DNA of 27,243 nucleotides from a virus: positions 1 through 27,243 of the IMG/VR virus record IMGVR_UViG_3300028831_000232; one strand, written 5' to 3'. The position numbers were made by a program, and so were the translations under genes. Positions 1 to 8,362 of this stretch are shown piece by piece. Below the pieces are notes generated by a model, which was not told the DNA's origin, did not search any database, and saw nothing but the letters and a program-made list of their open reading frames with translations. The first letter of the stretch is position 1; each line of letters starts with the position of its first letter.

Positions 1-152
1 CCACGAAAGGAAGTCAGGCCGATGAGGATGAACACCCCGAGCAGTGAGACGACGCTGCGAACCCACGGTGCCGGCGGCCAGGGGAGCAGCTGCTTGAACA
101 GGTCGGTCAGCTTCATGGCGCCGAGCGCCAGCAGTACCAATTCAGGTCCCAA
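1..152 (-). CDS. Holin-like small membrane protein, 5' part (runs off the window)
   Basis: Not in the ORF track. Manual translation from TTG at 152 (GGAG RBS upstream): MGPELVLLALGAMKLTDLFKQLLPWPPAPWVRSVVSLLGVFILIGLTSFR... with two hydrophobic segments. It follows the last baseplate gene. Alternative in-frame starts TTG 140 and ATG 116. Confidence 0.55.
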   Translation of the reverse strand, partial: MGPELVLLALGAMKLTDLFKQLLPWPPAPWVRSVVSLLGVFILIGLTSFR

Positions 153-157
153 TTGAT

Positions 158-184
158 TCTCCGATCCCGAGGACGGGACCGAGA
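158..184 (-). promoter_or_regulatory. Hairpin overlapping the RBS of the holin-like gene
   Basis: Minus strand TCT-CGGTCCCG-TCCT-CGGGATCG-G-AGA; the GGAG SD lies at the base of the 3' arm. Confidence 0.45.
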
Positions 185-2341
185 CTAGACCGGCTGGGCG
201 TCGAGAATTCGGAGCGTCGAACCGGCCGGCAGGAAATCGACCAGGCGCACCCGCAGCCGGCTCTCCCGCACTGCCCGGCGGTGGTAGTAGTGCGAGCGCG
301 ACAGGTAGGGCGTGCCCTCCCAGAGGTAGTCCGACTGGGGCGAGCCGGTGGAGGCGTCGAAGTAGGGGTTCACCGTCAGCGACTGCTCGATGAGCACGGC
401 GTCGAGGTAATGCACCTCCCCCGTCGCCAGCGTCCCGGTGCCGGTGGCCTGTACGTAGGTGCTGAACAGGCAGCTCACGGCGCCGGCCGGCGGGATGACC
501 AGGAACGGGAACCGGGTCCAGCTGCCGGCGAGGTCGGTGGCCGCCGCCCGCGGATTGAGCAGCAGCGGCAGCTGGGCGTCGGGGTCGCTGGCGATGGAGC
601 TGATCACCCGGCCCCCGGCGTTGTACCAGTCCACTCTGTTGATCACTGGCCGCACCGTGGTGGCCGCCCGCCAGTAGGCCGAGAAGACCATCATCACGCC
701 GGCCGTCACCGGCACCACCTGGGCCGTAACCACGCCGAGCTGGCGCTGGCCGGCGGCGGCCGTGAGCTGGCCGCACCAGCTGCCGCTGTAGGCGGTCACG
801 GCGTTGCTGCGCGTGACCGTCCCGCCGATGGGCGTCCAGGTGGAGGCATCCGTCTCGAAGGACGGGTTGATGCAGCGGTTCACCCGGTCGGCCTTGAGCA
901 CGAGCTTGACCCCGCCCGGCGACTGCCAGGCCGTGGCCGTCGCCCCCGGCTCGAACTGCAGGGCGTCCACCTTGTGCTGCTCGCCGGCACCGGGCGCCAC
1001 CACCACCAGAGCGAAGCCGGCGTAGCGGGCGGTGGCCGGGGCCACGCCGGTCACCGTGGCCCGGACCACGTTGTTGGTGATCTCGGCCACCGGGGTCCCG
1101 TCGTAGGACCCCACGATGGCGTTGTTGGCGTTGAAGTAGATCAGCCGGACGAAGACGTTGCGGGCCGTGGTCACCGGCTGGAAGTAGGCCGAGAAGGTGT
1201 ACTGCTTCCCGCCGCCGACGCTGCCCAGCAGAAGGGGCAGAGAGGCCCCTGGAGCGGTCAGAGACGGGTCGGGGATCACGGCGCCGTAGAAGGACGGCAG
1301 GTACGTCTGGGTGGCGCTACCGGTCAACAGGAGGGGCAGGGCGGGCGGCCCGGCGAACGACGGGTAGACGGTGTTTAGCAGCAGCGGCAGGCTGGCGTCC
1401 GGGGTGGCCGGCAGCCGGGCCTCCATTTGTCCGGCGGCCACAGCCGTCATGATCAGCACCCCGCTGCCCGAATTCGCCAGCAGGCCCTGGATGGCCTGGG
1501 TGGACAGCACCACGTTGGTCTGCTCGGTCCAGTGGCCCACGCCGTTCTCGAAGCTGGCGTCGTCGCCCGACAGCATCATGTTGGCCTCGGCGCTGGCGTC
1601 GGCCGCCCAGCCCGAGAAGGCGTAGGCGGCGCCCTCAACGCCCAACTCGGTGCCCTTGATCTTGTAGAGGTGGACGATGCTGTTCAGGACCCGGCGGTTG
1701 ACGGCCCCGCCCAGTTCGGCCTCGTAGACCGTGCCCAATTGCTGGGCCATCAGGGGCAGCAGCCCGGCCGACATCTTGCCCGGCGTTGCCACCCACAGCA
1801 GGCTCTCCAGCTCGGAGCGCAGGTTGTCGCACTCAAAGCCGATCACGGCCGTGAAGGTCTGCAGCACGCCGTTGCCCTGGTCCGGGCCGGCGGCGATGGT
1901 GTTGTCGCCGTCTCCGTCGCGCAGGAACTGCGGCAGCAGGTCGTAGAGCCGGGTGGAGTAGCCGAAGTCGCCGGGTACGAGGCAGACCACATTGCCGGCC
2001 CGGATCCACGCCCCGTCCACGGTCTGGCGCAGGAAGAGCGTGTAGTAGTAGAACCGCATCTGCTCGACGGCGTTGTCGTTGTAGGAGTACGACCCCGGCG
2101 CCTGGGCCTGGGTGGCCTCCAGCATGATCTGGCCGTCGATCTCGTCAGTGGGGAAGCCGTACGAGCCACGCACCAGGCGCAGCGTGTCCCAACCGCCGGT
2201 CGGCTGGCCCCACTCCACCCGCACCGCCGAATAGCCGGCCGGCTCGGCCGAGAACTTCGACAGGTAGAGGTCGGAGATGGGCGGCCGGCCGTAGCGCGCC
2301 GTCCCGTAGAAGCTGACCCCGTAAATGGCGTAGTCCGGCAT
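185..2341 (-). CDS. Baseplate wedge / tail protein (P2 gpI / T4 gp7-like region) with carbohydrate-binding-like beta-sandwich domains
   Basis: 718 aa. Central RLYDLLPQFLR...LLPLMAQQLG...LYKIKGTELGV segment typical of wedge proteins; NPSFETDASTW and YTFSAYF...VDALQFE resemble CBM4/9-like modules; YFDAS...WEGTPYLSRS C-terminal motif. Lies downstream of baseplate J. Confidence 0.75.
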   Translation of the reverse strand: MPDYAIYGVSFYGTARYGRPPISDLYLSKFSAEPAGYSAVRVEWGQPTGGWDTLRLVRGSYGFPTDEIDGQIMLEATQAQAPGSYSYNDNAVEQMRFYYYTLFLRQTVDGAWIRAGNVVCLVPGDFGYSTRLYDLLPQFLRDGDGDNTIAAGPDQGNGVLQTFTAVIGFECDNLRSELESLLWVATPGKMSAGLLPLMAQQLGTVYEAELGGAVNRRVLNSIVHLYKIKGTELGVEGAAYAFSGWAADASAEANMMLSGDDASFENGVGHWTEQTNVVLSTQAIQGLLANSGSGVLIMTAVAAGQMEARLPATPDASLPLLLNTVYPSFAGPPALPLLLTGSATQTYLPSFYGAVIPDPSLTAPGASLPLLLGSVGGGKQYTFSAYFQPVTTARNVFVRLIYFNANNAIVGSYDGTPVAEITNNVVRATVTGVAPATARYAGFALVVVAPGAGEQHKVDALQFEPGATATAWQSPGGVKLVLKADRVNRCINPSFETDASTWTPIGGTVTRSNAVTAYSGSWCGQLTAAAGQRQLGVVTAQVVPVTAGVMMVFSAYWRAATTVRPVINRVDWYNAGGRVISSIASDPDAQLPLLLNPRAAATDLAGSWTRFPFLVIPPAGAVSCLFSTYVQATGTGTLATGEVHYLDAVLIEQSLTVNPYFDASTGSPQSDYLWEGTPYLSRSHYYHRRAVRESRLRVRLVDFLPAGSTLRILDAQPV

Positions 2342-2350
2342 TCGTCTACC

Positions 2351-3391
2351 TCAGAACTTGATGACGAAGTTGACCGTTTGGTAGGGCGGGAGGTTCTGGT
2401 CGGTGCCCGACACACCACCGTCGGCGCCGGTAATCGTCAGACCGTGGCCGTGATAGGCCCCGGTGTTGGTCGCACCATCGCTGTACCCCCGGTCACAGCT
2501 GTCGGTGTTGTGGTCATGGCCGCCGGTATAGCGGTGCTCGGTATAGGTGATACCGGCCGACCGGGGGTTGAAGGTCTGGGGGACCATGTAGTCGTTCTGC
2601 GTGCCGCCGATGCGGAAGGCGTAGTTGAACCCGAGGTCGTCCATGTGCCGGTGATCGCCGTTACCGCCGATATGGTGACCGTGGGACACCCAGTGCTGGT
2701 GGTCGGCGGAACCCCCTCCAACCGAAGAGCCAGCGTGGCCGTGAGCGACGACCACAGCATTGCGAGTCCCGCCCGCCACCACCGCCGCTGCAATCGATGC
2801 GCCGCCCATGGCGAAGCGGCCCAGCAGGTTGGGGACGTTGAAGTGGGTGCCATCCACGTTCCCGTACCGGGTCCCGATGGCGGCGAAGAGCTTGTCGTAG
2901 GGGGCGACGCGCACATAGCTCGCTCCGTCGCACCACACCCAGTTGCCCGGCGGCAGCGCTGTGCCGCCGTATTCCCAGATGACCCCCGCCGGGATGACCA
3001 TGTCGATGACAGCTGCCTGGTTCGGCACGGCGTGCTGGTGGTCCCCATGGGCCGGCGACGGATCCGTACCTACCACCGCCGCGGTACCAACCGCCCAGCT
3101 GGTGGGGTTGCCCGGCGTACCGAGCGCCGAACCATAGAGGTGGCGCGCCGGTACATCGTGGGCCACGTTGTCGAGCCGGTTGGTGTGATCGTGGCCGACA
3201 TCGGACTTCCCCGAAGTCAGGCCGTCGAGGCGCGTCCGCACCGAGGGGTAGGTGCCCTTGGGCGTGACCCCCAGCTCGGTCTGGACCGCCACCAGTTCGT
3301 CCTGCAGGTCGTTGACGTGCAGAGCGAAGACGTTCTCCGACAGGTCAACGTGCGTCGAGAACGTCCGTACGCTGTTCGGGTAGACGGCCAT
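2351..3391 (-). CDS. Tail fibre protein with tail-collar domain and HxH motifs
   Basis: 346 aa. IPAGVIWEYGG...WVWCDGASY...LFAAIGTRYG...FNVPNLLGRF is a tail collar domain; C-terminal NLPPYQTVNFVIK; many HxH motifs; N-terminal anchor HVNDLQDELVAVQTELG. Confidence 0.8.
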   Translation of the reverse strand: MAVYPNSVRTFSTHVDLSENVFALHVNDLQDELVAVQTELGVTPKGTYPSVRTRLDGLTSGKSDVGHDHTNRLDNVAHDVPARHLYGSALGTPGNPTSWAVGTAAVVGTDPSPAHGDHQHAVPNQAAVIDMVIPAGVIWEYGGTALPPGNWVWCDGASYVRVAPYDKLFAAIGTRYGNVDGTHFNVPNLLGRFAMGGASIAAAVVAGGTRNAVVVAHGHAGSSVGGGSADHQHWVSHGHHIGGNGDHRHMDDLGFNYAFRIGGTQNDYMVPQTFNPRSAGITYTEHRYTGGHDHNTDSCDRGYSDGATNTGAYHGHGLTITGADGGVSGTDQNLPPYQTVNFVIKF

Positions 3392-4827
3392 CAGACCACA
3401 CCTCCAGTTGCGGTGACCGTGATCGTGCCGGCCGTGGGGATCTGTGCTGCGGTGGCGGCCACGTCGGCCAGCCCGGTCGTTGAGGTCGAGAGGACAGACA
3501 CGTTGCCGTAGTCCACGCCCTCGGTGTTGTTGATCGCCCGGTAGATCTTCGACAGCGAGATGCGGGAGGCGAAGTCCACCACGTCATAGGCCAGCACCAT
3601 CTTGATGGCGGTGATCACGGCCTGGCGCACCGCTTCCTGGCGATAGGCCGGCAGCACGTTGATCGAAGCCGTGACGTTGACGGGCAGGTAGGTCGGATCG
3701 AGCAGGGTGATGGCCGTGCCGATCATCTTGCGGGCGTTGAGGTAGGTCAGGGCCGCCGTCTTCACCGCTGTCGAGCACGTCCCGCCCGGCGTGCCCGTCG
3801 GAGCCAGGTAGAGGTTGACCGCTGTAGCGACGACAGCGCTGGCCGATGCCTTGCCGACACCGCTCACCCGCAGTGCCAATGCCTCGTAATCCTCGAGTGT
3901 GACCGCCCGGTTGACACTGGAGAGGGACTTCGGTGCGTTGGTTCTGATGGAGTCCAGCGTCTCGGGGTCAGCCCCGCCGCTGCCGACCGTGGTGTTGCTG
4001 ACACCGGAGATCGGCTGCACGATCCCGTTTCGGATGATGGGGTTCGTGAGTTGGACGACGGTGCCTATACCGACGTTGCCGAGCGCACCAGCCCCAATGC
4101 GGTAGGTGACGTTGATCGCCGCTCCGTTAGCCGGGACCCGCCCGTTCACGTTGTCCCCGAAAAGAACCCAGGTGATGCCGCCCTCGTCCACTGCCACGGT
4201 GTAGGCGGCGTCGTAGGGGCCGGCATCGATTAGGTGGTCGTAGTACGTCCATTGCAGCGCCCCGTTGCCTTCGTCTACCGTCACCATTGGAGACCGGTCG
4301 ATGACGGGTGAGAGGAACAGAGCGAAGCTCTGGTCGAGCGTGCCGTCGGAGAGGCCCACCGTCTCGTCATTGATGGTCGTCCCCTGCACCGCCGCCACCA
4401 GACCGACACCCGCTGCACCGATGGTGAGATCGGCGGATGTCTCGAAGAGCACCGGCTGATCACCGGCACTGGCAACGGTCTGCACCTGCGTCCCCGCCGG
4501 AATGAACGCCGGCCCGGTGGTCGAGAACTGCAACGTCAGCGTGGCCGCCCCCAGACCGGTGGGTCGGTAGTCCAGCATGCCGGCGATAGCCAACACCGAG
4601 CTGCGAAGCACGGCCGTGCCGATGTACGCCTCGTTCGCCACTCGGTCGGCGTAGAAGCTCAGCATGTCCCCCACGTAGGCAAACAGCTCGATGAGCACGA
4701 TCCCGAAGTCGTTGGGGGAATCGCTAGTCCATTCCGGCATCCGCTGACGCGCTGCCGCCACGAGGTCGGTGCGGATAGCCAGCCAGTCCCTACTGCTGTA
4801 ATCGACGGCCGGCGTCGGCTCTGCCAT
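3391..4827 (-). CDS. Baseplate J-like wedge protein (T4 gp6 / P2 gpJ family)
   Basis: 478 aa. DYSSRDW...MPEWT...DFGIVLIELFAYVGDMLSFYADRVANEAY; FGDNVNGRVP; GGADPETLDSIR...RAVTLEDYEALA. Confidence 0.93.
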   Translation of the reverse strand: MAEPTPAVDYSSRDWLAIRTDLVAAARQRMPEWTSDSPNDFGIVLIELFAYVGDMLSFYADRVANEAYIGTAVLRSSVLAIAGMLDYRPTGLGAATLTLQFSTTGPAFIPAGTQVQTVASAGDQPVLFETSADLTIGAAGVGLVAAVQGTTINDETVGLSDGTLDQSFALFLSPVIDRSPMVTVDEGNGALQWTYYDHLIDAGPYDAAYTVAVDEGGITWVLFGDNVNGRVPANGAAINVTYRIGAGALGNVGIGTVVQLTNPIIRNGIVQPISGVSNTTVGSGGADPETLDSIRTNAPKSLSSVNRAVTLEDYEALALRVSGVGKASASAVVATAVNLYLAPTGTPGGTCSTAVKTAALTYLNARKMIGTAITLLDPTYLPVNVTASINVLPAYRQEAVRQAVITAIKMVLAYDVVDFASRISLSKIYRAINNTEGVDYGNVSVLSTSTTGLADVAATAAQIPTAGTITVTATGGVV

Positions 4828-5229
4828 TTATCCTCCTTCCGGCCATCCATAGCTGGCGGTGGAACCGACCGCCACGGTGAACTGTCGGGACGTGCCCTGA
4901 CCCGGCAGGTGATAGACGATCACCAGCTCGACCATGCCGCCGGCCGGGTCCTGTGAGACGACCTCGATATCGTCCAGCAGCACGTCGGGTTCCCAGACCC
5001 GGATGTTGTCCCGAATCGTCGTCACGAGGCTGCTGATATGCATCGAGTCATTCACGTCGAAGATCATGCTGCCGACTCCGGTGCCGTAGTCGTTCCGCAT
5101 GACCCGCTCGGCCGGCGCCGTCGCGATGAGATTCCGCAGCCGCAGCTCCAGCTGGCGGTTCGGATCGGTGGTGGACGCCACGCGGCCCGCCCCGTCGATG
5201 CGGAAGGGGATGTCGAGAGACAGGCCCAT
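4828..5229 (-). CDS. Baseplate wedge / sheath initiator, gp25 (GPW_gp25) family
   Basis: Start reassigned to ATG 5229 (TAATG overlap), 133 aa: MGLSLDIPFRID...LIATAPAERVMRNDYGTG...IRVWEPDV. Confidence 0.9.
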   Translation of the reverse strand: MGLSLDIPFRIDGAGRVASTTDPNRQLELRLRNLIATAPAERVMRNDYGTGVGSMIFDVNDSMHISSLVTTIRDNIRVWEPDVLLDDIEVVSQDPAGGMVELVIVYHLPGQGTSRQFTVAVGSTASYGWPEGG

Positions 5230-5780
5230 TAGGCGATGTCGTAGCCGGCGAGGTTGACGAACTGCAGGAGGTTGGTCACGAGTGCCGAGAACTCCAGTGT
5301 CATGGCCGTGGCCGCCGTACCGACGAAGGAGAGGTTGGGGACGTGGTAGTGGAACGGGGCGACGACAGCTGCCGCCAGAGTGAACTGCCAGGCCCACAGC
5401 ACAGTCCCGGCAGCGGTCGCACCGTCCCGCAGGTTCACGGTCACGGTGGTGATGCCGCCCAGGGCCGTGGTGGCCGAGAAGCCGAAACTCACGGCCGTGC
5501 AGACGTGGCGCACGCCAGCTGCACCGGCTGCCCTGGACGCCGTGGCCTGGTTGGAGACAGCCGGGCTGTGCTGGGCCGCCCAGGTCCCGATGTTCGCCAC
5601 CGGCAGTGCGCCGGCCCCCTGCGGCGAGGCCGTCATGATGGCAGCGCTGGCCGGCTGGAGGTCAACGGCTGAGCCGTCAGCGCCGATGCCCACCTTGACA
5701 CGCTGGTACTGGATGCCACCAACGTCGTCGGTGGCGATGGTCGCCCCGGTTCCGGGGGTGATCGCTACGTTGTCAGCCAT
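5229..5780 (-). CDS. Putative virion structural protein (beta-rich)
   Basis: 183 aa, GGAG RBS, Ala/Thr/Gly-rich; located within the baseplate/fibre cluster. No function recognised. Confidence 0.55.
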   Translation of the reverse strand: MADNVAITPGTGATIATDDVGGIQYQRVKVGIGADGSAVDLQPASAAIMTASPQGAGALPVANIGTWAAQHSPAVSNQATASRAAGAAGVRHVCTAVSFGFSATTALGGITTVTVNLRDGATAAGTVLWAWQFTLAAAVVAPFHYHVPNLSFVGTAATAMTLEFSALVTNLLQFVNLAGYDIA

Positions 5781-5794
5781 TGGTTATCGCTCCT

Positions 5795-6538
5795 TCAGTT
5801 TGCGGAATTGACCTTGGCCCGGCGCCCGTTGTCTCGATATGAGCCGGGGGCCAACCGGACGCCGTAGGGGGCATCGACACCACGGCCGAACAGTGCGTTG
5901 TAGGCGTCACCGCTGGTCGTCACCTTCAGGCCCATCGTGGGGCGCTTCACCGGGATGATGTGCAGCAGCGGCATGCCGGCCTTTAGGAGCGTCGCTTCAC
6001 CGATAGGCAGATGCCACTGGGCCACCACGGTGACGACGTGGAACCGGTCGCTCTCCATGATCCCCGGCGTGATCGTGAATCGGCGCTCCTTGTGGTACCA
6101 GGGAGCGCAGATGATGACGCTCCAACCGGGCGGCGTCTTCACCATCCACGGTGTCCCGATCTTGAGGATGTGGTCATGCTCATCCTCGGAGCGCGGCATG
6201 GTGGGCTGCAGCTCGGGTTCGAACGTCTTGACGTTGTCCATCTCGGGTGGCACAGCCGATTCCCAGCCGAACCCGTCGGGCGTGGCGGTGAAGATGTAGT
6301 CCGTCCACAGCGGCACGATCCAGCCCAGGTTGAGGTAGTCGCCCACGCCGGGGCAGCCCTTCATGGTGGACTCGGGCCGGATATGGAATTTCGGGTAGCG
6401 CCGCTTCTCGATGAAGGGGGGCATGTCCCGCATCCACTTCGGCGTCAGCCGGCCCGCCGGCACCGGAGGGAACATCTCTGCAATGGCGCTGGCCGGTGTC
6501 ACGAACTCAATCTCGTCTACTTGCTTGCGGAGTCTCAC
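5795..6538 (-). CDS. Conserved phage protein, DUF6065-like (possibly dUTPase-like fold)
   Basis: Start reassigned to GTG 6538 (GTGA overlap with upstream stop), 247 aa. Motifs PPVPA..PKW, TMKGCPGVGDY..GWIVP, PWMVKTPPGWS, PGIMESD, LKAGMPLLHIIPVKR. Confidence 0.6.
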   Translation of the reverse strand: MRLRKQVDEIEFVTPASAIAEMFPPVPAGRLTPKWMRDMPPFIEKRRYPKFHIRPESTMKGCPGVGDYLNLGWIVPLWTDYIFTATPDGFGWESAVPPEMDNVKTFEPELQPTMPRSEDEHDHILKIGTPWMVKTPPGWSVIICAPWYHKERRFTITPGIMESDRFHVVTVVAQWHLPIGEATLLKAGMPLLHIIPVKRPTMGLKVTTSGDAYNALFGRGVDAPYGVRLAPGSYRDNGRRAKVNSAN

Positions 6539-6726
6539 TGCGGCTCCAGCTTCGCCGTTGCGTAGTCGCGCACGCATTCCCACTTGTCGCAGTAGTCCGG
6601 GCCGCTCGGTGAACCGACGCCCCCGGAGTAGCCGATCATGATCCAGCCGTTGGGGATGATCTGGTTCGTGGACGGCTCCGACTCGGTACCGCACTGCACG
6701 CATTGATAGGTAAACAGGATCGGCAT
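6535..6726 (-). CDS. Small Cys-rich (Zn-ribbon-like) protein
   Basis: 63 aa, AAGGAG RBS; CVQC and CDKWEC; fills the gap between two genes. Confidence 0.65.
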   Translation of the reverse strand: MPILFTYQCVQCGTESEPSTNQIIPNGWIMIGYSGGVGSPSGPDYCDKWECVRDYATAKLEPQ

Positions 6727-6744
6727 GGATTCTCCTTGGTCTTG

Positions 6745-7572
6745 TCAGACCTTGATCACGTAATTCATGGTCAGATAGGGCTGAAGGTTCCCGCTGGTCA
6801 GTGCGGCACTGGATGCTCCGGTGATGTCGTTGTTCGGAACTGCGCTGGTGGCGCTGTGGGTGTGCGCCGCCATGGTGTGAGTGTGGCTCGACAGGCTGTG
6901 GGAGTGGTTCTTCATGCCATGGGTGTGGTTCTGCAGATCATGGAGGTGGTTGATATCCCGCCAGTCGGTAAAGCCGTGGTGGTAGTGGTTCGTGGCCCAG
7001 GCACCGCCGCCCCACGGCTGCTCCGATGTCGTACCACCGCCGCCCTGGTGGGAGTGGCTGGTGGAGGTCGTCCAGACCTGGGCGTAGATGTTTCCGTCGC
7101 TGTTGAACTCGTGCTGATGGGTGTTGTTGCGGTCCATCCAGCCGGTGTTGTTCGGTCCCGGCCAATCCGAGGTGTTGTCGCTCGGAGTACCGGAGGTGTT
7201 GTTGCTCGGACCATCCGAGGTGTTGTTGCTCGGAGAGCCGGTGGTCACACCGTGGGTGTGGGCGCTCAGGCTGTGGGAGTGCGGAGCCGTCGAGATCTTC
7301 GAGCCGCCGGCTGCGCCCAAGACGGCGAACTCGGTCTGGCCCACGTCCTGCTGGACGATGATCTTGCCCTTGAGATTGGGCAGGCGGAATTGGGTGGCGG
7401 ACTCGCCACCGATGTTGTAGCTCGTCCCGATGGCGGCGTAGAGCGCCGGATAGTCAACGATGTTGAGCAGCGACCCGTCGCACAGCAGCCAACCAGGCGG
7501 GGTGGTCGGGCCGGCGTAGGCCATGACCATGCCCGGCAGGAAGCCGACAGCGGGGAGGACAGAGACGCCCAT
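6745..7572 (-). CDS. Tail fibre with tail-collar domain and His-rich needle-like region
   Basis: 275 aa. PGMVMAYAG..PPGWLLCDGS...LYAAIGTSY...FRLPNLKGK; about 10 HxH motifs; C-terminal NLQPYLTMNYVIK. Confidence 0.82.
   Translation of the reverse strand: MGVSVLPAVGFLPGMVMAYAGPTTPPGWLLCDGSLLNIVDYPALYAAIGTSYNIGGESATQFRLPNLKGKIIVQQDVGQTEFAVLGAAGGSKISTAPHSHSLSAHTHGVTTGSPSNNTSDGPSNNTSGTPSDNTSDWPGPNNTGWMDRNNTHQHEFNSDGNIYAQVWTTSTSHSHQGGGGTTSEQPWGGGAWATNHYHHGFTDWRDINHLHDLQNHTHGMKNHSHSLSSHTHTMAAHTHSATSAVPNNDITGASSAALTSGNLQPYLTMNYVIKV
7142..7235 (-). repeat. Intragenic 24-nt tandem repeat (PS[N/D]NTS units)
   Basis: Plus-strand GAGGTGTTGTYGCTCGGA recurs three times at 24-nt spacing, plus one degenerate copy (GPNNTG). 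Confidence 0.85.
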
Positions 7573-8030
7573 CAGGCATCAGCCACGAAGATGATGTTGG
7601 CGAGGCTGATCCAGCCGTTGCTCTCTCCACTTCCGTTGATCGTCCCGGTCGGGTCCACGTCCACCCGACAGGCGACGTTGGGGTTCGTATAACAGGCGAA
7701 GAGCATGCGGATGCTGGGCCGGAACCCGGCCGGCAGCGTGAAGATCGTCGCTCCGACGGTGCCACTCCGCAGCAGCCCGCGGACGAACACGATGCCGTTG
7801 ATCCTGCGGTAGATGGCGGCATTGCCGTAGGTGGTGTCGTACTGCACCCAACCGTTCTGCAGCGTGGGGACGAGCCAGCCGGTATCGGGCATCGTGTACT
7901 TGTGGATGTGGTCCCCCGGCGCCGCCAGTGTCGATGCCCCCATGGCTGCCGCGATGAGCGACACATCGTTCGGCGGCGTCGAGTACACCGTCGGGACGGG
8001 AGCCACCGGGGTGAGGGCTGAGATGCCCAT
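7572..8030 (-). CDS. Minor tail / receptor-binding-like protein
   Basis: Start reassigned to ATG 8030 (TGATG), 152 aa. C-terminal DTGW..PTLQNGW...YRRINGIVFVRGLL...IFTLPAGFRP beta-domain typical of phage fibre tips. Confidence 0.72.
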   Translation of the reverse strand: MGISALTPVAPVPTVYSTPPNDVSLIAAAMGASTLAAPGDHIHKYTMPDTGWLVPTLQNGWVQYDTTYGNAAIYRRINGIVFVRGLLRSGTVGATIFTLPAGFRPSIRMLFACYTNPNVACRVDVDPTGTINGSGESNGWISLANIIFVADA

Positions 8031-8362
8031 CAGGACACCACCACTCCTGAAATCGTCACCGTGATGGCATTGTTGGCCCCTCCGAGCGCGGAAAGGAACA
8101 TGCCCGGTTCGAGAACCTGGGCCATGTCGATGGGAACCATCGTGTTGGCCGGGATCGTGGTGCCGGGCACGATCCGGTTGCTGTTCCCCGCCGTGCCGCT
8201 CGCCGGCACGATGGACAGGCTGAGCGCGACCGGAGCGGCCGAGGTGTTGGCGAGAATGATGTTCGTGACCATGACCCGCGTGGCCGCCGGTACGGCGGCG
8301 TAGACTGTCGTCTCCACCGTGGAGGCCACGAACTGGCACAGCTGGCGGGGGGTGGTCGTCAT
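8030..8362 (-). CDS. Small beta-sandwich virion protein (putative adaptor)
   Basis: 110 aa, TGATG-coupled on both sides; TTVYAAVP...VTNIILANTS...IPANT...QVLEPG...VTISGV pattern. Confidence 0.65.
   Translation of the reverse strand: MTTTPRQLCQFVASTVETTVYAAVPAATRVMVTNIILANTSAAPVALSLSIVPASGTAGNSNRIVPGTTIPANTMVPIDMAQVLEPGMFLSALGGANNAITVTISGVVVS

Noticed and set aside
1427-3511. 694-aa plus-strand ORF and other long plus-strand ORFs (281..1378, 12615..13739, 18873..20237, 20244..21167 etc.)
   Set aside because: Antisense shadows of well-supported minus-strand genes in high-GC DNA; no motifs or RBS.
7142-7235. CRISPR-like repeat array
   Set aside because: Repeats are in-frame coding units at 24-nt period with no spacer-length unique sequences.
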